DNA of 64,000 nucleotides from NCBI RefSeq assembly GCF_006345805.1, contig NC_043012.1:13268001-13332000 (forward strand), read 5' to 3'. The DNA comes from Octopus sinensis. Its lineage: Eukaryota. The notes beneath the pieces are model-generated. The model did no database searches. It was not told the DNA's origin and saw only the letters and a program-made list of their open reading frames with translations. Positions 13,700 to 26,449 of the stretch are shown in pieces. Every line of letters begins with the position of its first letter. Within the stretch, counting starts at the first letter, position 1. Both the position numbers and the translations under genes were made by a program.

Positions 13700-15190
13700 C
13701 AGTTTCCATCAAAGTTACAAGGCTTCATCTTCGGGAATGTAGTTAACACAAATTCGCAATTGAAATTTGAGAAAAGTCTTCCATGTTTCAACTATTCCAG
13801 TCACGGATTATACTTATAATGTACGAAGCTACTGGTGTGATTTATCTTTCTGAAAATCCCAGTGTATCCAGATTCTCCTTTAAGACAGAGTGTTCCAATG
13901 ATTATTAGTATGAATATGAATTCCTAGTCTCAATATACGTTTCGTAGCAGTTGGCCACAGATATCCTCTTTTCCTTTGATTTTCAAACAGTTATTTATTT
14001 CTGCAGTGCAGCTAACCTCTATGATGATACTTACCTTTGACCCTCCGTCGCAAACCTGAATATCCGGCCTTTTATGAGTACATATAACAGAAGTTTCGAT
14101 GGGAATATTCCACCAGTATTCCTTGAGCTGGTGTTTATGAATGTATCGTGCCGCATAGGGAGGTAGAAACATGAAGACATTTTAGAAGAACTACTAATTA
14201 CATGCGTCAGGTTTTACACGAAAACATGCCATACTCTACACATGCCTATTTCTTTATTACCCACAAGGGGCTAAACACAGAGGGGACAAACAAGGACAGA
14301 CATAGGTATTAAGTCGATTACATCGACCCCAGTGCGTAATTGGTACTTAATTTATCGACCCCGAAAGGATGAAAGGCAAAGTCGACCTCGGCGGAATTTG
14401 AACTCACAACGTAACGCAGACGAAATACCGCTAAGCATTTCGCCCGGCGTGCTAACGTTTCTGCCAGCATGCCGCTGTACCTCGGAGTTTACAAGAGCTC
14501 CACTGTCTCTCTTATTCATGAAGTACATTGTAGCAATCTCAAATTGTGATGTGATGTGTTCTTGTGTCCAAGAGAGGCTGCGCTTCGTGTCAATTCTTCT
14601 GTCTTCATTAATCTTCCGGAAAGCATACCAATGCATGGTCTTTTTGTGTGTATGTGCACTGTGTGCTTTCTATCCAGGTCTGTCTGAGGTCTAGAGAACC
14701 CAGCTGTTTTGGGGCTGTATAGGGGACCATCAGGAAGAGAGTGTTTCTTGAGGAGTTCACTGCCAGCTCGTACAATGTTGATCACTTCACTTTCAGTGCT
14801 GCATTTACATATTTGTTTTTGCTGCTATTCTTTAGCTGGTGCTGTCTGAGTGATATCATACTGGATTCGAAGGCCGTCTGCACTGATCTCATGCCTCTAT
14901 CGCCAAAATTTCATCTTATGTAGACCCTGTCAACATCACTGTTTCTGCGGAAGTTTCCAGTTCATGTCAGGATTTCGCAGGTTTTGATACCTATGCAGTG
15001 AATTTCATCTACAGACCAACCAAGCATCCCAAATGTAGGGATCAGCACTGATACTGCACATGCATTGTGGGATATTGTTTTTATGGAGGAGGAGAGTTCC
15101 GATTGGCACTTTTTCCGACGTTTGGTATAATATTCTCGGTTCATTCTATCTTTATTTACAGTGACATCATATGATATATTTTGGTGTATC
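13700..15190 (-). mobile_element. R4-like LINE remnant (RT C-terminus plus REL endonuclease), interrupted by a SINE
   Basis: Minus-strand translations AVSVLIPTFGMLGWSVDEI...TGNFRRNSDVDRVY and EYWWNIPIETSVICTHKRPDIQVCD..KVSIIIEVSC. Boundaries are approximate. Confidence 0.75.
14248..14475 (-). mobile_element. tRNA-derived SINE
   Basis: Head gcggcatgctggcagaaacgttagc (A box) and gagttcaaattcc (B box), followed by gcctttcatcctttcggggtcgataaattaagtacc. Confidence 0.88.
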
Positions 15191-15223
15191 CCATAAAAAT
15201 GAAGTCATAAAAATTAAGGCTCA

Positions 15224-15437
15224 TATATGTAAGCATGACGTATCATGAATGTTTTCGAATATCGTTACCTCCAGACCGATGTAGCAGTATAGATTTTATT
15301 CAAATTTATGAAACAATGTTGATGATTTCCGGATATGCGCAGCAGTGTTGTACGAAGTGTCAACTTCTGTACATGAACTCCTTTAAATAGAGTATAATAT
15401 TTCTTTCGAATCTCCCCCGCTACCTTTCAATGTTTTC

Positions 15438-15498
<61 letters not shown>

Positions 15499-15546
15499 GA
15501 TTTATCTATCTATCTACCTATCTATCTATCTATCTATCTGTCTATA

Positions 15547-15607
<61 letters not shown>

Positions 15608-15608
15608 C

Positions 15609-15645
<37 letters not shown>

Positions 15646-15648
15646 ATG

Positions 15649-15682
<34 letters not shown>

Positions 15683-15770
15683 AATCTGTCTGTCTGTCTG
15701 TTTATATATCTATATCTATCTATCTACCTATCTATTTGCCTAACTATCTATCTCTCTATCTATTTTTCTT

Positions 15771-15832
<62 letters not shown>

Positions 15833-15932
15833 AATCTATCTATCTATCTCTTTTCCTCTGTCCCTCTCTGTCTCTCAATGCCTCTCTCTCACTATGGCTG
15901 TCTGTTTCTGTCTTTCTCTCTCTTTTCCTGTC

Positions 15933-15970
<38 letters not shown>

Positions 15971-16572
15971 ATTCTTTCTGTTACTGTCTTTCATTTTCGC
16001 TTTTCTTCATGTTTCTATTTTCGCCTCTCAAATTATGTCTGTTTATGCTTATGTTTCATGCATCCACATGTCAAGTGTTTTAATAATCGAATACACAAAT
16101 TAACGTTATTGTAAACTAAAATCGTGTTATGCAATAGACATTTCCGCTCATCTATTAGTATTCATTATTCATCAAACGCATATCATTTTGTTAGCAATAA
16201 TTTCTGTTACCTATTTAATACGTATTCTATTATTTTTCTTTTATGTAGTATCTCCTTTCAGACAGTTAAGTGTTAGTTTTCCCAAAAGGTTAAACGTGAT
16301 CGAACACGCCGAAATTATCAACTCTTGCTTGGTTAAACACAAAAACAATAATGAGTCTTCTTGCTAACCGTTGACTATTGATCTGTTCATATTGAACGAT
16401 AATTGTTATCAGGAGTTTATTTTTAACATCTTACGTTTTTTCAATCGCTCACACTGATAGAAATTTTCGCCTATTGTAATAGTACAATGCTCGAAGTTTC
16501 AAATTCAATATCAAGCTGACTGATGCATTGAGTTCTTTTGATAAACAATACACACACACACACACCCATATG

Positions 16573-16626
<54 letters not shown>

Positions 16627-16743
16627 CAGGCTACGACGAGTAAATTGTCACCATATCATATTTTAATGTCGTGCTTGCGCATTGTTTTTTAAATATTTTA
16701 TCAACTGCTCAGTATAGTTGGTTCGGTTGGCACCGTCTATTAG

Positions 16744-16745
<2 letters not shown>
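15224..16745 (-). other. Orphan third copy of the chemotactile-receptor 5' flank (no adjacent CDS)
   Basis: Three collinear blocks match the upstream region of the 39816-40964 gene: 15224-15430 vs ~41250-41460, 16260-16550 vs ~41750-42050, and 16625-16745 vs ~42290-42410. Confidence 0.85.
15438..15850. repeat. (TATC)n microsatellite
   Basis: Directly visible. Similar tetranucleotide arrays: (TATG)n at ~13560-13650 and ~19936-20010, (GATA)n at ~38235-38350. Confidence 0.95.
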
Positions 16746-16841
<96 letters not shown>

Positions 16842-16863
16842 TATATATATATATATATATATA

Positions 16864-16914
<51 letters not shown>

Positions 16915-17699
16915 ACATATATATATATTATATATATATATATATATATACAGAGGGAGAGAGATAATAGATAGAGAGAGAGAGAGAGATGTTTGTATGT
17001 CTGTGTTTGTAGCCCAACCATCACTTGACAAAAGAGACCGATAGAGTATGTACTAGGCTTGCTAACAGTGAAACCTCGGATCGATTTATTCGACTAGGGG
17101 CGGCGCTCCAACATGGCCGCTGTGAAATTACTGAAACAAATAAAAGAATAAAGGCATATAACTTTTCTAGTCAGATTTTAGGTGGTGAATCATATAGCCT
17201 GTCACTATTTTCCTTATTTTCCTCTCTATTTTGATTAGTTCATTTAGAGTCCAGTTTAGAATATTATAACTGAAATATATAACTGCTGATAAATATCGTC
17301 TTGTTTTTCGCATTGGGCTCTGTATTCAGCATTAATCTATCTCGTCTATAGTATTCCTTTATCATCGACTCTTTTATTTATATGTTGTATCGTAACTAGT
17401 TCTTGGATTCCTAAGTATTTTCAATGTGTGACTTTGGTCTGATTCTCTTATTTAGTATGCTTTTTCTAGTCTTAAATACATTTTCTATTTTCAAGTCTGC
17501 TTTTTTACCAAGCCAAATTGTATGTTTAATTCTTTGGTAAACCCATGTTTTGTCTGTAGTATTTCCAACTGTATGACATAGAAGATGCACTGAGAAATGG
17601 GACTGCAAATTACGTGCTAGCGGCGAGAATGACACTCGACATTTTCTGCGACGTAAAACGTCAAGGCAGTTTTGACCGAAACACGAATGTTCAAAAGCC

Positions 17700-19330
17700 G
17701 TTGGTTGGGCCAGGATAGTGAGGCACAGAATGGAAACAAATTCGCTCTGTGATGGCCCGCAGTGTCCATGTTCACTCTGATTCCAAACAGATGAGAGCAG
17801 TATTTCGACAGCGCTTTGCCTACCTCTCTTCGAGGAGTGGCTTTCTTAACACAGCTGGCTTACAGGCTTACTTCAAAGGTATGCCGCGTCTATCAGACAA
17901 GGATATTGAGTTCTGAGAGAAACCGATTTCAGTGGATGATCTGGAAGACATATTGGACCGCTGCAAGAGGCGCACCCACCAGGATGGCATGTTTTCTGCC
18001 ATAAACTATATGCCCACTTATCGGACTTGTCTGCGCCTTTAGCAGCTGCATACTGCTCTTGGCAACATGCAGGAAGCATTCCCAGTCGTATCAACCGAGG
18101 AGTACTGACGTTGCTGAGAAAGGAACCCAACTAGAAAGATGTGATTGAAAATTTGAAGACCTTAAAAGTACACAACACCGAGTTAAAGATTTTATCTAAG
18201 GTGCTTCTCAAGAATCTGTCGCTTGTTGTCAATGGCATAGTCGGACATGCACGAACTTGCGCGATCTCCGATGCATTTATCACGAAAATATCCACTACAT
18301 GCAACACATCGTAGAACGGAGGGATACTGGTCAATTTGGACTCGTCCAAAGCTTTCGTGAGGGTGAACCATCGCAATCTTGTGTCTGTCTTGGAAGCCAT
18401 AGCTTTAAGACGCTTTAGTATACAGTCGCATCTGCTTGGTTGCCAAACTAAATGACCAGCTCTCGAAAACTTTCAATATCGAACGCTCCGTACGCCAAAG
18501 ATTCTACCTCTTTCCACGTTAATGTATTTAAGCTTAGAACCCTTGCTGCCAAGGATGTAGAATTTGAGGGGTGTCCCGATAGAAATAGGTCACAGGAGCG
18601 CTGTGTCTACATACACGTATACCATCACTGTCATGGTGTCAGACTTTTTCGGATATAGAAACGATCGATTCTATACTGAAAGAATAACAGGAATGAACAG
18701 GAACAGTCACAAGACGAGTCAGTTGGTCTGGAACTAGGCTCTTAGTGAGGCAAGTCGATTAGCAACCATTTCTAAAGCAGGACGGACTGTCCGGTAAAAG
18801 TGCTTGGAGTGAGGTTCGGAAAAGATCTCTGGGTAGATAAGAACTGGGAAGAGGTCATAACGAGGGTGGCGAAGCTCTCCCACAAAAGGGCGGAAGTAGC
18901 GAATATATATATTGCATTGGTAGTGTACTACCGCTTTGCCGTCTTAGCTTGTCCTCACAAAACCAGGTCGCAGCATTTATTTTTGCTATTCCTATGGAAG
19001 TGTCAATCTCCACTGGACAGAAAAAACATGGACTTACGACACTCACACTGTGGTGGTATTGGGATGCCATCTTTAATAATACATCACGCTACACTGAGGT
19101 TGTCACCACCACAGAAATATTTGAATGGCCGCGATGATGTGGACGACGACCAAACTCACGAAAATAATGAACTGGTGTGAACGTCTTTGGTGCGACAAGT
19201 ATTTCCACAACTCATTTCATTTTCAGAGCTGCAGTTATGGTTCAAACGTAAAACAAGTTTCGGTTTTTAGCATCTAAAATGCTGCCAGGCGCTCACTGCA
19301 TTGTCCAAACTGGTGCTGCCTGAGTGATAC
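17700..19330 (+). mobile_element. Decayed L1/Tx1-clade LINE reverse transcriptase region
   Basis: Frameshifted translation contains HNTELKILSKVLLKNLSLVV and a degenerate NLDSSKAF.RVNHRNL (RT motif LDxxKAFDRVxH). Multiple stops and frameshifts. Confidence 0.7.
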
Positions 19331-19880
19331 CATAATGCATTCGAAGCCCGTCTTCACTGATCCCATGCCTCTACCACCTTCATTCTTCATAGGTACAGCC
19401 TGTCAACATCACTGTTTCTGTGGAACTTCCCAGTTCTTATCAGGATTTTGCAGGTACTTATGATATTCTCGTGGTACTTATGATGTTCTTGTGGTACTTC
19501 TCGGGTCATTCTATCTTTATTCACAGTGACATCATATGGTCTACCCCTAGGTATTTGATATTCTTTGAGTGGAATGGGTGAGATAGAGAGATGCACATGT
19601 TTTTCGTTTGGGGGACTGGCCTACTTCGTTCTATAATCAATATGAACATATCTTCTGATCAAATTCTATGCCTCTATCAGCTGAAAATTCGAGTTGCATT
19701 TTGACATCGTTATCACTTTTACCACAAATCTTCAGGTCGTGTACAAACAAATTATTAGTTACATTGATATTCCTAGCAGTTAAAGATCCTAGCATATAGA
19801 CATATGATTTCTGTAGTAGGAACGATAATGGATTCAGTGCCAAAATGAAAAGAATACCGAAAGATTATATCCCTGGAATA
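19330..19880 (-). mobile_element. R4-like LINE RT remnant
   Basis: VTNNLFVHDLKICG (degenerate FVDD motif) and TGKFHRNSDVDRLY. 19330-19560 is a diverged direct repeat of 14860-15185. Confidence 0.7.
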
Positions 19881-19931
19881 TTGCCAATACTATTAGAAAC
19901 AATTATTATATTCTCTGTTGTAAGGGTAAGA

Positions 19932-19962
<31 letters not shown>

Positions 19963-20489
19963 TGTATGTATGTATGTATGTATGTATGTATGTATGTATG
20001 TATATATGTACGTATTTGGAGGTGCTTATATGAACGCGTATGAGTGTTTAAATGCTTCGACATCTCCTACATGTATAATTACATATACGTGTACCTATGT
20101 CTAATATTATTGTTTTTCTTCCTTTCTATATACTGAATGTTCTACGTTAATTCATTTTATTTTTCTGTTTACTATTTATCACCCCTGTTTCCTCGTTTGT
20201 CTTCGAGGTTACCTAATAGAGCCACCCAATCTATGTTATCAGATAACTAACGCCATCGCCTGAAACATCTAACTTTCTATGACTGCCATGTGAGTTGTCT
20301 GTCCTTCTTTCTCTATCCGATAGAGGCGTGATCAAATATATTATTACATATATTTAACAACAAAATAGCATTCCCCATCTTACTCTCTCACCCGGCACAG
20401 ATATGAGTAAGTCAATATATATCCAATTGTCTTTCTGTGAAGACCATATTTGTAAAATTTTATTTTAATTCACCTTTTTTACATGGTGT

Positions 20490-20780
20490 ACTTCATTTGT
20501 TTATCAGTAAATAAAACACACCTCTGAAACAGCTACACTCGTGAGTTTCACGCTAAGAACAACATGCTAACTCTGCCGCACACACCCTTTTCACCAGATT
20601 TAACACCTGCAGATTTCCATCTTTTCTGCAACATGAAAATGCTGCTCAAAGATCGCCATTTTTACACCGTTGTCGAGATCTGTGTGAATCGCAGAAGGTC
20701 ATCGACTCGCTTACAAAAATGAATTTCCAGACCAGATTCCAAAAGTGGCAGGGAAGCTGAGACTGGTGTAATATGTTAAG
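20490..20780 (+). mobile_element. Mariner transposase remnant
   Basis: EFHAKNNMLTLPHTPFSPDLTPADFHLFCNMKMLLKDRHF; same family as 28150-28400. Confidence 0.75.
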
Positions 20781-21147
20781 AAATTTCGAGGTATTGCGAA
20801 GTATTGCAACTGTATCATTTCAGCCCATTTATGCAATCATTTCTAAAACATCACACTGGGAACCCTTCTTGGGTAGAGTCAAGAGCCTACAGTAGAGAGT
20901 GGACTGCATGCCGAAGTATAGATTAGTGTCATTTTAAGTACACGTTGAGTGTTTTTAGGTCTATACTTGTGGATGCATGAGTAACTGGATGGACAAATCC
21001 ACATGTACTCTAGTAAGAATTATGTGGGTGTCCGTATAACATGCTTATATATAACATGTGTTTGATGTTCTTGATACTATTTTGGTCACCATATTAAAAT
21101 ACGCCGACTCTATTAGATCCTGCAAATAATCTATGTATATATTTATA

Positions 21148-21414
21148 TCACCGTGACCGACCAGGCTATCAGATGTTGCTAAACACCGCTGGTCACAATG
21201 CGCTTCGCATTGTTTTAGCCTTCAAATGACGCCACCCCGCTGGCTAAGCGAGCAGGCCAGCAGAAGAAAGAGTAAGAGAAAGTTGTGCCGGAGCCTCGTG
21301 GAACTTTAGGAGTTTTCGCTCAGTAAACACTCACAAAACCCGGTCTGGGAATTGAAACCGCGATCCTACGACCGCGAGTCCGCTGCCCTAACCACTGGGC
21401 CATTGCGCCTCCAC
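21148..21414 (-). mobile_element. tRNA-derived SINE (same head as 1965-2353, different tail)
   Basis: Minus-strand head ggaggcgcaatggcccagtggttagggcagcggactcgcggtcgtaggatcgcggtttcaattcccagacc. Confidence 0.8.
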
Positions 21415-21432
21415 GTATATTTATATATTTAT

Positions 21433-21511
<79 letters not shown>

Positions 21512-21544
21512 CATACACACACACATATATATATATATATTATA

Positions 21545-21585
<41 letters not shown>

Positions 21586-21603
21586 TGTATGTATGTATAT
21601 ATA

Positions 21604-21640
<37 letters not shown>

Positions 21641-21979
21641 GGGTGGGGAGATAGGGGAGAGAGGAGAGGAGTTAAAAACCCTTTGCTTCCTTGCGTATTG
21701 AATAATCGGTGTTGAAATAAAACATCAACGATTTGACTTGATAAGAGACGACTGTAAAATCGGGCGAGATGAATAAGGTTTACTTAAAAATTACGATGTT
21801 TCATACTGAACTCATTACATATTTAACACACAAATTAAACAGATCAATTAATTTAATTTAAATTTCTTATATATTACAATGTTCAGCAGTTTACTCCCAT
21901 ATTTATGAAAAAAATATGTATAACTTTAAAATATGCATACCTTATAATTACCGCAGTAATTCCTAATTCAAGGTTACCC

Positions 21980-22198
21980 TTTTATTCTTTTATACTTTTA
22001 CACGTTTCACTTATTTGACTGTGGTCATGTTAGAGCATCGACTTTAGTCGCGCAAATCGAACCCAGGACTTATTCTTTGTAAACGTAGTACGTATTCTAT
22101 CGGTCTCTTTTGCCGAACCGCTAAGTTACGGGGACGTAAGCACACCAGCATCGGTTGTCAAGCGATGTTACGGGGGGGGGACAAACACAGACACACAA

Positions 22199-22239
<41 letters not shown>
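21980..22239 (-). mobile_element. 3' half of a SINE split by the LINE insertion
   Basis: Matches the 3' half of the intact SINE at 30684-31086 (ggacttattctttgtaa...cggtctcttttgccgaaccgctaagttacggggacg...ggacaaacacagacacacaaac). Confidence 0.85.
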
Positions 22240-22240
<1 letters not shown>

Positions 22241-22310
22241 TTTTTTTTCTCTAGTTCCAGCTTAGAGCTGCAGCCATGCTGATGCAACGCCGTTTTGTGC
22301 TACACTGCTA

Positions 22311-25300
22311 TTACGAAGAACCTCGTCTAATATGTGGCACTTGGTGAAGAATGGAGTTTGATATAGCTACTCTCATTTGCACCTCTTGCCGTGAGGTAGG
22401 TTCATCTGGGACTCTCGACAGGAAGATGTCCAGCTTTGATTTAAAAACCGCTACATCTACTTTGTGCAAGTTCTTCAGACTCTTTGGAAGAATATAAAAA
22501 AGCTGTGGGCCCTTGAAACCCACGCTGTTACAGAAGCTGGTCCTGAAGCGTGATGGCATTGCTGAGATCTTTGGCACTATGCACTGTCGTCCCGTTCCAG
22601 CATTGGTGTAGCTTATAATGCCAAAATTTGGCACAATTCCTTCCAGGATCTTCCAGACATATATTACTGCATACCTCTCCCGTCTTCTCTCCAGGGAGTA
22701 GAGTCTTAGCTGTTTCAACCTTTCCCAGTAGCTGAGCTGTTGCAAAGAGACGATCTTCTTTGTGAATCTTCTCTGGATTGCTTCAAGGTCCGCTGTTAAT
22801 TTTACACTGGTGGGTGACCATAGCTGTAAGCAGTAATCCAGGCGGCTGAGGACGAATGTCCGCCAGAGGACCATCATGGTTTCCTTATCTCTGGTTATGA
22901 ATGCTTTTAGGATTCACCCAGCCAGTCGTCTGCACTTTGTCGCCATCCTGGTAATGTGCACTTGGAAAGAGGTATCATCACTCATGTCGATACCCAGGTC
23001 CCTCACAGACTTAGGCTCTGGGATTGAAATTCCCCGTGGACCGGTGTATCCTGTAAGTTTAATATTCAGTTTTGGATGCTGGTAGCGCAGGGCCTGGAAT
23101 TTTTCAGCATTAAACTGCATATTATTATCCTCAGCCTATCTGTAGATTGAGTCCAACTCCTGCTGCAGTTGTGCAACATCGCTGGGGTTCTGTATTTTCT
23201 GCGAGACTTTCGTATCGTCTGCATAGCTGGCCAGACTGGCTATCCGGGCATTTGAGGGCATATCTGAGAGGGCCACTATAAAAAGCAGTGGTCCCAAGAC
23301 AGTGTCCTGTGGAACACCACTCACTATTTGTGTGTTCATAGAGGTGGCTCCATTAACCACTACTGCCTGACTACTATCTTTCAGGAAGTCATGTAACCAC
23401 ACTCCAAGTTTTCCAGCTACGCCGAGGTCACGCAGTTTGTGGCATATCATACCACGATCCACCTTGTCAAAAGCTTTTGAAAAATCAAGGTAAATTACGT
23501 CCACATTTGATTTGTTGAATAACTGCCTCAAAACCCAGTCATAATGTTGTAAGAGCTGGGTCAGGCAGCTCCTACCTGGTCGAAAACCATGCTGAGTATC
23601 ACTCAGCAAGTTATCTTCCTCAAGGAATGTGATTAGTTTCTTTCTGACTATCCGTTCCATGACTTTGCTGTGTGTGAAGTCAGAGAGATAGGCCTATAGT
23701 TTTTGACATCTGCTCTACTTCCCCCTTTATGTATTGGGCATATTATTCCCTCCTTCAGCTTGCATGGCAGTTTGCCATTCGCAAGAAAGCTCTGGAAGAG
23801 AATCCTTAGGGGCCCTGCCAGGGCATGCCCACACGCTCTGAGGAGGATGGCTGGGAAACCATCCGGACCAGCAGCTGAGTTTGCGTCCACTTCATCCATG
23901 GCCAGCAGGACATCTTTTTTGCCATTGTCAATACATTCCACTGCAACCGCCTCGCTAGTTATAGGTGAGGCGTCAAAGAAGTCCACTGGTTCGTCCACCT
24001 GTCTGTGCTCCAACGGGGTGGCAAAGACACTCTTGAACTGGTCATTCAGCATCTCACTGATCTCAGTTCGACCGTACGTGAGGGATCCATCCCCCCGGAG
24101 GAGGGGTCCCATCCTGCAGTGCACCGAGACCGTTTCTTTCGCGAAATGAAAGAAGGCCCCTGGGTCTGACTCAATGTTCTTTACAACCCAGGCTTCTCTG
24201 TCTGCTCCCTCCTTCACATAGGACCGTTGCAGCCTTTTTCTGATCTCCATCAGTGTTGTTCTCATGCGGGACGTTTCGCTACTCTTGGGATGTTGGTTGA
24301 GACAATTTGCAGCCTTCGTCCGTCGTCTCATGAGGATCTTCCTGTCTCTTGGAATCTTGCTCCCATTTGTTTTGGCCTTGTGCTCTGGGACATATTTCTG
24401 GGACACGGCTTGCACAGAAGACATGAAACATTCCAGTTTCATGCCAATGTCTGGTGTGGAGAGACATTCCGGCCAATCCTCTCTGAGGACCTCTTTTTGG
24501 ATCGATTTCCAATCTGCTTTGTGGAAGTTCAGATTGGAGAGATTTCGGGTGCTTCCTTTAGGCTGTATGTCTCTGGTTACTTTTGGTCCAAGCACAGACA
24601 GCTCTATTATGTTGTGATCCGAAACTGATGTAGGTGTCACTTTCACATCATGAATGATGTCCATATTGTTTGTGAAGCAGAGATCCAGAATGTTATTCGC
24701 CCTAGTTGGCTTGAGTACAACTTGCTCCATGAATAAGGCATTGGTGAGGTTGAGCAATGATTCATTCCTGAGAGTATGTGACCTTCGGGCCATTTGACGT
24801 TGGGGAAGTTGAAATCACCCATAAGAAATATGGCCACGTTGTGTTCCAGATTCATGAGAATTTCTTTAATTCTTGTGAGGCAATCTTCAAACTTGCCTAT
24901 GTGATTTGGGGCATCCGGTGGGCAATATGTATTGCATATGACTATATTATGTTGTCCTATTAAAGTGTCACACACCGAATTTGAGTATGTCATTAAGACC
25001 TGAGGTGTGAGGTCATCTCGGATGTATACAGCAACTCCACCATGGCTCCTTTCCGTTTTGTCTGTTCGCAGTATGGCATAGTTTGGTATGTGTACTTCTG
25101 CGTCCTCTATATCAGGGTTGAGGTGAGTTTCCACAAGTGCTATGCATAGGGCTTGATTGCATGCAGTAAGATCTCTCAGGAAAGAAATTTTGTTTCTATT
25201 TTGATGCAACAGGCCCACAATATTTAGTAAAAGTATTGGGGTGACGGCTGTGCAGGCGTTAGGGGAGGCCATCCCGTGACTGTTGACTGTGGTGGTCTTG

Positions 25301-25377
25301 CATAGTGGTGGGCAGGGTTCCTTCACTGTGCTTGGTGTAGCCAGGTTAGCTGCCGGACAATTCTTTGCGCCATGCAT
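22311..25377 (-). pseudogene. LINE ORF2 (APE endonuclease plus reverse transcriptase), frameshifted
   Basis: Split over ORFs 24643-25377, 23648-24793, 23136-23660, 22914-23120 and 22311-22877, in the correct domain order. Confidence 0.92.
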
Positions 25378-26015
25378 AACAAAGACTCTTGCTCAGCTGC
25401 TGCGTTGCGCAGAACATCTGAGGAGTGCACTTCGTTTTTGAAAGTTTTCCTGGGAGACATTTCTTGTGTTCCCTCGGTAAAGCTTTTCTCTTTGAGTCCC
25501 CTGAAGTTCTGGCGGGGTGTCGGGTGGGCGAACCGGCAGTTTTTGCCGTCCTCACAATGCCAACATTTGCCCCGCAGGTAGAATTTACAGGTACTTCGGT
25601 GCCTTCCAGATTTCTTCTTTCCTGAGTTGTACTGGGTGGCATTGAATCCTCCATGGGGTTCTCTGCTGTTTGTGTGGTGGGTTGGGGTTTCAGCTTTGGT
25701 TGTTTTGCCTTTTCCCCCTGTTCCCTCCTTATTTTTGTTTTTGGTCCTTCCTTTTTTCTTCTGTTTTTCTAATTTTTCATTTCTTTGGTGGAATATTGGT
25801 ACAGGGGGGCTTCCGGTTTCTGCTCCCTTGGCTCCCCTATCCTTCACTACCTGGTCGTTCACCGGGGTTGGTGATCCATTTTCCTGAGGAACCCCTGGAT
25901 CACAGAGCCTTCCGGCTTCCTTCTCTTTTTCGTCCTCTTCATCCTCATCAGCCTTGTCACAATAATTTTCAATTATATTATCTAGTGTTTTGATGTGTGG
26001 TCTTATAAGCAACTG
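25323..26015 (-). pseudogene. LINE ORF1 remnant with CCCH zinc finger
   Basis: ORF 25323-26042; its first residues come from flanking microsatellite. Basic low-complexity region followed by a C-x7-C-x7-C-x3-H motif. Confidence 0.7.
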
Positions 26016-26214
26016 TATGTATGTATATATATATACATACATACATATATACGATGGGCTTCTTTCCGTTTCCGTCTATCAAATCCACTCGCAAGGCTTT
26101 GGTCAGCCCGAGGCTATAGTAGAAACCACTTGCCCATGGTGGAACGCAGTGGGACTGAACCCGGAACCATATGGCTGGTAAGCAACCTACTTACCCCACA
26201 TCCACTCCTGCGCC
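26016..26214 (-). mobile_element. 5' half (tRNA-like head) of the SINE split by the LINE
   Basis: Minus strand ggcgcaggagtggatgtggggtaagtaggttgcttacc...ccgggttcagtcccactgcg matches 30920-31086. Confidence 0.88.
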
Positions 26215-26415
26215 TATAGGAGAGAAAGAATAAGGCTTGTCTTTTCGTTCACAATTCAACATACTTCTAACTTACGGAGACAGCGTGTGAGTGTGTGTGT
26301 ATGTGTGTGTAAGTATACACGTCTATATTGTTGACGGTAACTGAAAACCCCCATCACACACACGCATACTCATAAATAAATAACTATCTATCTATCTATA
26401 TATATATATATATAT

Positions 26416-26449
<34 letters not shown>

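Larger units (their letters stand above)
22240..26015 (-). mobile_element. CR1/L2-group LINE, ~3.8 kb, with ORF1, APE, RT, 3' UTR and poly(A)
   Basis: ORF1 remnant with a CCCH finger (CKFYLRGKCWHCEDGKNCRFAHP). APE domain (IALVETHL, SHGGVAVYIRD, LMGDFNFP). RT (YRPISLTS, QHGFRPGRSC, YLDFSKAFD, GVPQ, YADDTK). C-terminal YSLERRRERY. Short 3' UTR and A-run at 22240-22248. Confidence 0.95.

Noticed and set aside
21330-21414. tRNA-like sequences here and at ~2270-2353, 14380-14475, 26130-26214 and 31000-31086
   Set aside because: They are SINE heads followed by SINE bodies and lack a complete cloverleaf acceptor stem; not called as tRNA genes.
23703-25993. Plus-strand ORFs overlapping the LINE
   Set aside because: Antisense shadows of the GC-richer LINE coding sequence.
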